A stretch of DNA of 63,176 bases, the filler included, from Octopus bimaculoides (Eukaryota), in the NCBI RefSeq assembly GCF_001194135.2. It is 4 parts of 4 records of this genome, joined end to end, with 100 filler letters (N's around TTAATTAATTAA, not from the genome) between each part and the next. Parts side by side here need not be neighbours in the genome. Positions count along the whole stretch, not along the records: positions 26,068 to 57,337 come from NC_068983.1; positions 57,438 to 61,140 come from NC_068997.1; positions 61,241 to 63,176 come from NC_068986.1; 1 more part is not named here. One strand, 5' to 3'. Positions 52,170 to 63,176 of the stretch are shown here, piece after piece. The first letter of the stretch is position 1. The number at the start of each line of letters is the position of its first letter. The translations under genes and the position numbers were made by a program. The notes beneath the pieces were generated by a model, which worked only from the letters and a program-made list of their open reading frames with translations, searched no databases and was not told the origin of the DNA.

Positions 52170-54158
52170 NNNNNNNNNNNNNNNNNNNNNNNNNNNNNNN
52201 NNNNNNNNNNNNNNNNNNNNNNNNNNNNNNNNNNNNNNNNNNNNNNNNNNNNNNNNNNNNNNNNNNNNNNNNNNNNNNNNNNNNNNNNNNNNNNNNNNNN
52301 NNNNNNNNNNNNNNNNNNNNNNNNNNNNNNNNNNNNNNNNNNNNNNNNNNNNNNNNNNNNNNNNNNNNNNNNNNNNNNNNNNNNNNNNNNNNNNNNNNNN
52401 NNNNNNNNNNNNNNNNNNNNNNNNNNNNNNNNNNNNNNNNNNNNNNNNNNNNNNNNNNNNNNNNNNNNNNNNNNNNNNNNNNNNNNNNNNNNNNNNNNNN
52501 NNNNNNNNNNNNNNNNNNNNNNNNNNNNNNNNNNNNNNNNNNNNNNNNNNNNNNNNNNNNNNNNNNNNNNNNNNNNGGTATTTTTGTGTGTAAGTGTGTG
52601 TGTGTGTGTGTTAGCATAAAGGAGCATGAAGTTTAAAAGAAGAAAGGAGAAAATATCTCAGTGCAAACCAGGTTGATAAAAATAACAACTGTTTAAATAT
52701 TCCGGTAAATGAGCATACTTTCAGTTATTCATATGAGCTTATGTTTAATTGAAAAACAAGTTGTTGGATTTTTTTTTTTATGATTTTTATCGGGTAAATC
52801 ATACAAAGAAGAGTAACACATGTCGTTGTATACCTGAATTACAAGAACTATAAAATCTGAACCAACGATCAATTATAGATCTATCGTGAAAGTTTGAACA
52901 TTTCAGCGACCGTCATTAAGTTCAAATCAAGGGGAAAAAATGAAGGACATAGATAAAACTGCAGCAAACAACGGTGATAGAGAAGTAGCAGCAGCGCTAA
53001 TTACGTCAATGAAAATAAAATGATCCAACGAAGGAGCCTTTACATAGACATTCAGTTTGCGAAGAACATAAGAGAAATCTAATTAAGATTTCACCCTATC
53101 CTCTGTTTTTAATGGCTTAAAGGAAAAAGACAATCCCATAACATTTGCAGTGACTAAGAATGTTGAATGTAAGGGAGGCTGTAAGCTTCAGATGGACGGT
53201 AGTCTCTACACGTTTCAGGTATTGAAGCTTTTCTTGTTTTGTCTCCATTCAAACTGGTCTTGTGATTCGCAAAAGCAAAGAACATCCAACAAAATTCGAT
53301 TTACGATGATCCACGAAATGTTGGATGATGTCTTTTAATACTTTTACTGTGGAAATCAGATATATCCACTCAAAATTTCTTTACTATGCAATGTGGAAAG
53401 CAGTTTTATGTACCAATCAGTGGCGGCTCGTGTATAGGCACTGCGGAACTGCAGCACCCACTATTTCCACTCGATATTATCGATAACATTCAATATAATA
53501 AGTCCTTTTTTCTTTAATTCTTTCTTTATACTTGTACATTATATAATCCTTAAGCTTAATGTCAGTAGCCATTCCCTAATTTATGAAAAAAAAATGCAAA
53601 AATCCTTGTATAGAACTGTGCGCTTCACAGTTCCAGCGACACGGTGTTTGGCTGTTGNNNNNNNNNNNNNNNNNNNNNNNNNNNNNNNNNNNNNNNNNNN
53701 NNNNNNNNNNNNNNNNNNNNNNNNNNNNNNNNNNNNNNNNNNNNNNNNNNNNNNNNNNNNNNNNNNNNNNNNNNNNNNNNNNNNNNNNNNNNNNNNNNNN
53801 NNNNNNNNNNNNNNNNNNNNNNNNNNNNNNNNNNNNNNNNNNNNNNNNNNNNNNNNNNNNNNNNNNNNNNNNNNNNNNNNNNNNNNNNNNNNNNNNNNNN
53901 NNNNNNNNNNNNNNNNNNNNNNNNNNNNNNNNNNNNNNNNNNNNNNNNNNNNNNNNNNNNNNNNNNNNNNNNNNNNNNNNNNNNNNNNNNNNNNNNNNNN
54001 NNNNNNNNNNNNNNNNNNNNNNNNNNNNNNNNNNNNNNNNNNNNNNNNNNNNNNNNNNNNNNNNNNNNNNNNNNNNNNNNNNNNNNNNNNNNNNNNNNNN
54101 NNNNNNNNNNNNNNNNNNNNNNNNNNNNNNNNNNNNNNNNNNNNNNNNNNNNNNNNNN

Positions 54159-54439
54159 AAGCTCCACGAGGCTCTGGCAGGGGATGGTGGCGAACCCTGC
54201 TGTACTCTTTCACCACAACTTTCTCTCACTCTTACTTCCTGTTTCTGTTGTGCCTGTAATTCAAAGGGTCAGCCTTGTCACACTGTGTCACGCTGAATAT
54301 CCCCCGAGAACTACATTAAGGATACACGTGTCTGTGGAGTGCTCAGCCACTTGCACGTTAATTTCACGAGCAGGCTGTTCCGTTGATCGTATCAACTAGA
54401 ACCCTCGACGTCGTAAGCGACGGAGTGCCAAGAACAACA
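54159..54439 (+). mobile_element. SINE family C (5' end lost in gap)
   Basis: Near-identical reverse complement of 27191-27470. Confidence 0.9.
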
Positions 54440-54776
54440 GCACAACATTAAAACAACGGTTTTAAATTTTCGGAAGCAGCAACCCAACTAATCTTATCTA
54501 CTGAGCCACTACCAATCAATTTTTTGTTGAGAAATGTGATGTTTGAAACAATTTTTTGTTGAGATATGCCAAGTTTATTGAGGCAACATGACTTGCAGGA
54601 AAAACCAATTCTATTTTTGATAGATATTTAACACCATTGTTGAAATAACAACGGAATTTAATTTCGCTGTCAAAAGGGTTTTATTACGATGGTAAGGAGA
54701 AATCAAATGTATTTAATCCAAGTATACGCATAACATTCTTCGAAAGATTGGCGAAGGAACGAAATTAAGAAGAAAA

Positions 54777-54818
<42 letters not shown>

Positions 54819-55232
54819 CGTATGGTTTGGGGGCATGTTCCATACTTTCGGTTGTTGTTTGGGATATGTATGTTATTGCGAAGAGACCCAGGCAATAATA
54901 CTTGACCTAACGAAAGAGCCAAGATGTGTCTGCTGGAACAATAGAGAGCTGCACCAGCTCTAAGCTACTGCTCATTTTTCAGCTGAGTAGATTCGAATCA
55001 CAAGTAACAAAGTGTCTTGCTGAAGGACATAACGCGCTGCCAAGCTCTGGAATCTAACCCAGTTGACGACAATTAGATCAATATTCTCAACCGCTAGGCT
55101 ACGAGCCTTACCTAAACGCACACACATCCTTTGCTTGGGTTTTGGTGTATTCTGGTCAGTTGGTGACCATTGGCCTTGCATAAATTTCTTTTGCACTATG
55201 TAATTTATATATACACGTGTATATGGTTGGTA

Positions 55233-55441
55233 TCTCTTTTACTCGTTTACTTGTTTCAGTCATTTGACTGCGGTCATGCTGGAACACTGCCTTTAGTCGA
55301 GCAAATCGACCCCAGGACTTATTCTTGGAAGCCTAGTACTTATTCTATCGGTCTCTTTTGCCGAACCGCTAAGTTACGGGGACGTAAACACACCACCATC
55401 GGTTGTCAAGCGATAGTGGGGGTACAAACACAGACACACAA

Positions 55442-55486
<45 letters not shown>

Positions 55487-55866
55487 CATATATATATATA
55501 NNNNNNNNNNNNNNNNNNNNNNNNNNNNNNNNNNNNNNNNNNNNNNNNNNNNNNNNNNNNNNNNNNNNNNNNNNNNNNNNNNNNNNNNNNNNNNNNNNNN
55601 NNNNNNNNNNNNNNNNNNNNNNNNNNNNNNNNNNNNNNNNNNNNNNNNNNNNNNNNNNNNNNNNNNNNNNNNNNNNNNNATATATATATATATATATATA
55701 TATATATACGACGGGCTTCTTTCAGTTTCCGTCTACCAAATCCACTCACAAGGCTTTGGTCGGCCCGAGGCTATAGTAGAAGACACTTGCCCAACATGCC
55801 ACGCAGTGGGACTGAACCCGGAACCATGTGGTTGGTAAGCAAGCTACTTACCACACAGCCACTCCT
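55233..55866 (-). mobile_element. Full-length SINE family B; internal microsatellite spans an N gap
   Basis: Tail 55233-55435, (CA)/(TA) tract with gap, 5' half 55707-55866. Confidence 0.9.
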
Positions 55867-56363
55867 GGTATATTGGTAGAGAACTCATATGTGATGTATA
55901 AATAGCAAAAAATAGCTCCCATTTCATCGTAGAACATTTTTTTCGATCTACGGAACTCAGGGTCATGGCCCAGCACGCTTTCACTTCACCACTCTCAATA
56001 CAAATTTTTACAAATGTATAACGTATTATTTCTTTTATTTTCATTACAGTACTTCTATTACATCATCCATTACATGTTGTTTATTTATCTCTATGATTTG
56101 TTCTGTGTTGAACGTACGAAGTATAATAACTACATAATACATACTACAGAACTAGCACATGAATTTGCATACTGACAGGCGACCTGTCATTGGTATTCCG
56201 AGAGATACATTTGACAAACTATGCATTGCAAATTTTTTTCTGGGTGTTTCTTCATTTGCCATTTTCGGCTCAACTAGAATCACATCAATTCTATAAATGT
56301 TTCCCCAGCGCAGTGTAGCAATCGAGCTTGCTAGTATATACAATATATATACATATATATATA

Positions 56364-56790
56364 GGCGTAGGAGTGGCTGTGTGGTAAGTAGCTTGCTTAC
56401 TAACTACATGGTCTGGGTTCAGTCCCACTGCGTGGCACCTTGGGCAAGTGTCTTCTACTATAGCTCCGGGTCGACCAAAGCCTTGTGAGTGGATTTGGTA
56501 GACGGAAACTGAAAGAAGCCCGTCGTATATATGTATATGTATATATGTATGTGTGTGTATATGTTTGTGTGTCTGTGTTTGTCCCCCCAACATCGCTTGA
56601 CAACCGATGCTGGTGTGTTTACGTCCCCGTAACCTAGCAGTTCGACAAAAGAGGTTCGACAAAAGAGGCCAATAGAATAAGTACTAGGCTTACAAAGAAT
56701 AAGTCCTGGGGTCGATTTGCTCGACTAAAGACGGTGCTCCAGCATGGCCACAGTCAATTGACTGAAACAAGTAAAAGAGAAATAAAAGAG
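56364..56790 (+). mobile_element. Full-length young SINE family B
   Basis: ggcgtaggagtggctgtgtggtaag ... ccttgggcaagtgtctt ... tail actgaaacaagtaaaagagaaataaaagag; small internal duplication gttcgacaaaagagg x2. Confidence 0.92.
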
Positions 56791-56831
56791 ATATATACAT
56801 TTCTACACATTTACACACACGCACACATATA

Positions 56832-57017
56832 CGAGGGTGCGCTGGAAAGCTTCTGGCTTTAAGGGTATCGCGAAAGGCCTAGCTGGAAGCACAACCTTCC
56901 CAGTTCTTTTACAGGGCTTAGAAAAACAGAAGGGGAATATGTTAAATAAAATCATAATTAATTGATCCTCCTGTATTTTGTTTTATTCAAAGCCAGGAAC
57001 TTTTCAGCACCACCTCA
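56832..57017 (+). mobile_element. Mariner-derived MITE, copy 2
   Basis: TA|cgagggtgcgctggaaagcttctggct ... agccaggaacttttcagcaccacctca; interior aligns with 538-753 with a ~35-bp deletion. Confidence 0.75.
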
Positions 57018-57481
57018 CATCTTTTTTGCTGTGTTGATGCTGCCTCTTAAGACACAAACACGTGTTCACGGCTGTCATGTTTCCAGAATGAAAACAGACT
57101 ATCTTTTACTTAATGAAAATTTTACTCATGCAAATTCCAGAGAATTCTTGATTCCTTAAGATTATCGTTCCTCTTCGACATCGGTGGCAATAGCCGCTGG
57201 ACGTTGGTTTATCTTCTCTCGCAATCTGCATAGTTTCAGTAAATCAATTTATTTAGTGAACTTCTTGTTATTATTGTTCAAATTATGCCCTGACCACGCT
57301 GAGTTATTTCTCTTGTCTCATTTTCGTCATACATATANNNNNNNNNNNNNNNNNNNNNNNNNNNNNNNNNNNNNNNNNNNNTTAATTAATTAANNNNNNN
57401 NNNNNNNNNNNNNNNNNNNNNNNNNNNNNNNNNNNNNTCCTACTACTACTACTACTACTGCTGCTACTACTACTACTGCTG

Positions 57482-57532
<51 letters not shown>

Positions 57533-58239
57533 TATTCAATGATATCGGCAATAAGGTTCATTGATGGATGGTGGCGGTGAAAGTGAGAATGAAAATGATA
57601 ATGATGAAGATGATCAAGATGATGATGATGATGATGACGATGGTGATGATGACGGTGATGAGAAAGAGGAGGAGGAGGAGCATCGGTGATGATGATGATG
57701 ATGACGCTGATGATGTCGATGCACACGACGACGACATCAATCAAATATGCGGATCTTAATAACAAAGAATGATGAGATCTTGCAACAAAAAGGTCCTTAA
57801 ACCAACCGCACCCATTTGATCGTTTACATCAAAACGATGACATTCACTCTCTCTGTCTGTCTGTCTGTCTCTCTCTCTATCACAGACACGCACGTCCAAA
57901 TACACACACAGACACCGACACACATACACCGACACACATACACACACACACAGACACCGACACACATACACATGTGGAGTTGACAACCGCACACACGACA
58001 AACATTTAGAATCCGTTCCCCTTCCTCAGCTTTTGAATCACTTACACACACACACAAGAACACACGCGATAAGATGTCCTTTTAAGTAAAATGTACTTTA
58101 ACGGATCTTCGTTAGACTTTAACAGACAATTAAAATGTACTTTTAATTAGAATGTACTTTTAGAGATCCTAAATGCAATTATCATACGCAAGATCAAAAT
58201 GTATTTTAACATTTCTTCGACGGGCGTATGAACATGAAC

Positions 58240-58640
58240 GATATATACTTTTAATTAACGTGTATATACACATTATTAAGATGTTATTTCAATTAACATG
58301 TATATATACATTAAGATGTACTTTAATTAATATGTATATACACATTATTAAGATGATTTTTAATTAACATGTATATATACATTAAGATGTACTTAAATTA
58401 ATATGTATATACACATCATTAAGATGATTTTTTAATTAACATGTATATATACATTATTAAGATGTACTTTTAATTAAAATGTATATACACATTCAGATGT
58501 TCTTTTAATTAGCATGTATATTTACGTGAAGATGTACTTTTAATTGGCATGTATATACTCATGATGAAAACGTACTTTTATTTAACATGTACATACGCTT
58601 GATTAAAACGTACTTTTAATTAACGTGTCTATATAAACAT
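58240..58640. repeat. AT-rich minisatellite, ~35-38 bp unit with dimeric higher-order pattern
   Basis: aagatgtactt(t)taattaa(c/t)atgtatata(c/t)acatt(att) repeated about 10-11 times, alternating long and short variants. Confidence 0.85.
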
Positions 58641-58814
58641 AATTATAATGTAATTTAACGCATTCTCTGATTTATATACAGTTTAAATTCTCTTTAAAAA
58701 AAAAATGTAATTTAATCTGCCTGAAATGGACGAATTGATGCAACTAAAGCGTAATTTAATTAAAACGTTTATGCACATAAATCGAACGTACTTGTTTTTT
58801 TTTTCTGCTGTAGG

Positions 58815-59025
58815 CGTGAGGCCTGAAATTTAGGATGATGGGACTAGTCAATTACATCGATCCTAGTGCGCAACTGGCAATTAATTTTATCGATCACCCC
58901 AAAGAAGGTAAAACAAAGTCGAACACGGCACAATTTAAACTCCGGACGCAAAGCCTGAGGAGATGCATATGGCATTTCGTACGGTATATTAAGGTGTGCA
59001 AACGCTTCTGTCAGCTTACCGCCTT
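58815..59025 (-). mobile_element. Old SINE family A (another on + at ~59341-59575)
   Basis: caattacatcgatcctagtgcgcaactgg...tttatcgatcaccc...aagtcgaac...aatttaaactc...ctgtcagcttaccgcc. Confidence 0.7.
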
Positions 59026-59599
59026 ATAATGTACTTTTAATTAAAATGTACTTGAACATATCTTTAATGAACCTATGCCCAATATTAAAATGTATGATTA
59101 AGAAGTAATTTAATTAAGAAACACCTGAGCACAGTCTAAATGGTTTCATGATTAAAATGTACTTTTACATAAAATGTAGGTTAATGAACTCTCTTCTGAC
59201 CTATGATACGACTGAAATATAGTTAAAAGCATCCTACATTTGAAAGGTCCATAAGTAAAGAAGGCGGTAGCTTGTTCGAAAAGCATATACTTATATATCT
59301 ATATATGCAGTAAGAACATGTTTAAAACCATGTGTATCCGAAAGGTGGCGAGCAAGTAGAACCGTTGATCAAAATATTGTTTTGTGTAAGTGGCTGAGCA
59401 CTCCACAACATTTTGGCGGCATTTTTTTTCTCTGACTCTTTAGGTTCTGAGTTCGTATACCGCTGAGGTTATCTTAGCCTTGGTCGATAAAAATAAAGTA
59501 CTAATTAAGTACTGGTTGATTTAATCGATTATCCCTCCCTAGCTACTGATCTTGTGCTAGAATTTGAAAAAGTAAATAGTTGTGTATGTTAAGGATCTC

Positions 59600-59860
59600 C
59601 TTCGGTCGTGAATGATTATGGGATTGTAATTAGAAAGTTAATCTCCAGGTGCTTTGTGGAGGACCAGCAAACGCCTATGCATACCAGCATCCCCTCACCA
59701 CGTCATCGATGTTATCCAAGGGAAAGGACGATAACATCTTGGCACCAGTGACTCATTTCTACAGCTCAGTGAACCGGAGCAACAGCTCGGTCCAGGAATC
59801 GAATTCACTACCTCATGATTGTAAGCCCAACGCCTTAACCACTGAGCCATGCGCCTTCAT
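59600..59860 (-). mobile_element. tRNA-headed CORE-like SINE with a different 3' domain
   Basis: Reverse complement begins tgaaggcgcaTGGCTCAGTGGttaaggcg...GAATTCGATTCC...gttgctccggttcact; the 3' part is unlike families B, C or D. Confidence 0.7.
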
Positions 59861-60262
59861 TTGTGTATGTATATGATATAATTTTATGCCATTAAGTACT
59901 TTTGATTACAACGTACTTCAAGGTAGCTGATGAAACTACGCAAGAGGGGTGAGCTCGCTCGATAAACGTATGTGTTAAAGAGCATTTCTTTTATCTGTTA
60001 ATCAGATGCGACCTCTGAAACTTATGGAAGGGATGGAGGAAGGGTCCCCAAAACAGAAATCCGGGCCGAATGCTTGCAACACAGTAGACACAAGTAAAGG
60101 CGCCCAAAGGTATCAGGTAGGGACATTAAGCCGGACAAAGTGTGAAGTCTACATCTAAGTCCGTCTTATATGACCAACTCCTGAATGTTAAAGTTGAGTG
60201 CGACCGGGATTTGAAATTAAATCACAAAGTTTAAAGGTATACATAAGTACTGGGGTGCGTGC

Positions 60263-60720
60263 ATATTTATTACTGGTAAAGGCCTGTTTATAGGGCTACC
60301 CCGGGTTTCTCGCGATAAAGAGTATCTTTACGACGTATCGTAGGACCCTAAGACTTCTTGTTGGCCTATGGCCTCTTTAAAGTATGGAGAGGGAAACGAA
60401 CCGGATATAAATAATGGGGGTTATCTCCCGCTTCTCATGGTCATCCGCTGGTCATAGACTCCCGGCTATGTCGTCTACTTTCAGCTACGCCACCTGTCGG
60501 CTGCAAAGGTAGAAGATAGGGGTTATCTCCCAACTCTCATCAGCAATCAATTTCCAGTCGTGGTGTAAAATATTATCGCCAATACCGCCGTTTCCCGCTT
60601 TATACTTTAAAGAGGCCAAAGGCTAACAAGCCTGAGGGTCTGATGATACGCCATAAAGATACTCTTTATGGTGAGAAACCCAGGTAACCTTGTAAACTTG
60701 CTTTTACCAGTAATAAATAT
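60263..60720. mobile_element. Fold-back/MITE-like element with ~135-bp imperfect inverted arms and nested internal repeats
   Basis: atatttattactggtaaa / tttaccagtaataaatat termini; gggtttctc..gataaagagtatcttta and ggcctctttaaagtat blocks mirrored; internal direct repeat ggggttatctccc..ctctcat x2. Confidence 0.8.
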
Positions 60721-60855
60721 AGACTGGTCTACTTCTTAGAGTGTGCCTCTTCTCCGGATTTATATTTTTCTAAAAAAAAAAAAAACGATAATATATACAT
60801 ACACACACATACATACATAATACATACATACCTACATACATACATACATACATGT

Positions 60856-60887
<32 letters not shown>

Positions 60888-60898
60888 GCCTTATCTTC

Positions 60899-60945
60899 GA
60901 AACGTCTAGTTAGAATAGAGGCAGCTGACGAAGGATTAATTCCAA
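60899..60945 (+). ncRNA. Split hammerhead-like motif halves
   Basis: GAAACGTC (60899-60906) precedes CTGACGA-A-GGA(ttaat)TCC-AA (60925-60945); no convincing stem I. Confidence 0.3.
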
Positions 60946-61085
60946 GTGGCTATCTGTTTTCCTATGTGTTCGTTCCGTTGTCTGTAGTTCATTTTTCTAA
61001 CGTCCTGTACCCTGATATGCATCTATATACACATGTAGATGTAAGTATGTACATATATGTGGGTATACATGCATATATATTCTTT

Positions 61086-61140
<55 letters not shown>

Positions 61141-61478
61141 NNNNNNNNNNNNNNNNNNNNNNNNNNNNNNNNNNNNNNNNNNNNTTAATTAATTAANNNN
61201 NNNNNNNNNNNNNNNNNNNNNNNNNNNNNNNNNNNNNNNNTTATTGTCTGACGGAAAGAAATATAAAATTAAACAGGTCTTTTTTTCTTCTTTTCCAAGA
61301 TAGGAAGAAAATACTCATTTCTTTGTAACGGGTTCACAAAAACACGATACAAAAGAAAACAACACACACACACACACACACACACACAATAGGAAGAAAT
61401 TTAGAAAGCAATTTGATATTTTTCTAAAACACACGGGTTCGTAAAAAAAAAACCCACATCTGTCGCAGGCCACTCCGA

Positions 61479-61523
<45 letters not shown>

Positions 61524-61719
61524 CTCTTTATGAGCCGCAAGGACTCCAGGAGATACAATTAAATACGAAGAACATTAACCAGAGGGCATACAAAGCTGCG
61601 TGAGTAGTTGAGATAGCAAAGTTGTGTAAAGGTAAGGTAAGGGGCGGAGTGAAAGCGGATATATAATATATAATGGGACTAGTTAAGAATTGGAAACACA
61701 CACACAAAGAGTATCATGG

Positions 61720-62221
61720 AATAGGTGTGGCTGTGTGGTAAGAAACTTCCTTCCAAACCACATGGTACCAGATTCAATCCCACTGCGTGCCACCTTGGGC
61801 AAGAGTCTTTGACTTTAGCCTCGCGCCTACTAAAGCCATTGTGAGTGGATTTGGTAGACGGTTGTGTGGTAAGTAGGTTGCTTCTCAACCACATGGTTCC
61901 GGGTTCAGTCCCACTGCGTGGTAACTTGGGCAAGTGTCTTCTACTATAGCCTCGAGCCGCCCAAAGCCTTGTCAGTGGATTTGGTAGGCGGAAACTGAAA
62001 GAAACCCGTCGTATATATGTATATATACACACACACACACACATACACACACACACATACACACACACACACANNNNNNNNNNTATATATGTATATATAC
62101 ACACACACACACACATACACACACACACATACACACACACACACATACACACACACACACATACACACACACACACACACATATGTATATATACCTATGT
62201 ATGTATGTATGTGTGCGTGTA

Positions 62222-62267
<46 letters not shown>

Positions 62268-62630
62268 TCACCCCAATAGCACTTGACAACCGATGCTGGT
62301 GTGCTTACGTTCTCGTAACTTAGTAGTTCGGCAAAGAGACCGATAGAATAAGTACTAGGCTTACAAAGAATAAGTTCCGGGGTCGATTTATCGACTAAAG
62401 GCGGTGCACCAGCATGGCCGCAGTCAAATGACTGAAACAAGTAAAAGAATAATAAATATATATATATACGATGAGGTTCTTTGCGTTTCCATCTACCAAA
62501 TCCACTTACAAGGCTTTGGTCGTTCAAGGCTATAGCAGAAGACACTTGCCCCAGCTTCCACGCTGTGGGACTGAACCCAGGACCATGTGGCTGGGAACCA
62601 AAGTACCTAGCACACAGCCACACCTGCGCC
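61720..62630. mobile_element. SINE family B cluster: 5' half (+, 61720-61860), near-full copy (+, 61861-62452), 5' half (-, 62468-62630)
   Basis: Three recognisable head/CORE-like segments and one tail; the central microsatellite is expanded to >250 bp. Confidence 0.85.
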
Positions 62631-63176
62631 TATAATTACGCTTAGTTTTGTTTTTTCTTTTCTTTTCTTTTTTTTTTTTTACAAGACAGCCAGATATGAA
62701 TCGAACCGTTTCTCGTTTCACGTCGTTCACCGTTATTACCATTGTTGTTCTTGCAGTTGTTGTTGTTGTCACCTAGTGGGTGTGGCAATCGCTTTCTTTG
62801 TTCTTAAATGTTTTGCATCCGATGTTGTTGCTATTGCACCGTTGCTAATGCTAACACTGTTGTTGAAGCTGCTGTTGCTAACACTTTTGTTGTTGGTGTT
62901 GTTGTTGTTTATGCCACCGTACTTTCTTTCCTTTATCCATTCCTACAATTTAGTCATTTATTTACCTATTCATTTAATTATTTATCCAATTATTTGATTT
63001 GCCGTTTCATCAATTAATTTTCTGATAGATTAATTATCTCTCTACGTCTTGCTAAACAGAATCATACATACATACATACATACATACATACATGTGTGTC
63101 CATGTGTGTATATGTATGTACGTATGTGTATACATATATGTATGTACATGGTGTGTGTATATATATATATATATAT

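Noticed and set aside
53418-53470. CAGTGGCGGCTCGTG, a possible DNA-transposon left end
   Set aside because: No partner TIR or TSD is visible; a large N gap follows.
57438-57765. Poly-Ser/His ORF on minus strand and acidic D/E-rich frame on plus strand
   Set aside because: Arises from (CTA)n and (GAT)n trinucleotide repeats; no splice or domain support.

Overview
This is eukaryotic, AT-rich, microsatellite-saturated DNA. The SINE families and repeat texture look like an octopus (coleoid cephalopod) genome, which is inference from sequence style rather than a database match. I could not support any intact host protein-coding gene; almost all listed ORFs are translations of microsatellites or N gaps. 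The window is mostly transposon relics: at least four tRNA-headed SINE families that share modules, a near-full-length decayed maT-like (Tc1/mariner, DD37D-type) transposon, an internally deleted mariner, mariner and hAT MITEs, a Helitron helicase fragment, and Tx1/L1, RTE and CR1/L2-like LINE fragments. The most interesting signal is a set of minimal type-I hammerhead-ribozyme-like motifs of the kind known from Penelope-like retroelements, found in about five unrelated sequence contexts. One sits at the apex of a 416-bp near-perfect fold-back (35116-35531), where the two arms together reconstruct the conserved core nucleotides, stem I and a palindromic stem III. Other notable points are SINE-into-SINE insertion at an identical site, SINE-seeded microsatellites, a nested fold-back element at 60.3-60.7 kb, and 100-bp scaffolding spacers. 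All alignments and counts were done by eye, so coordinates of degenerate elements are approximate.
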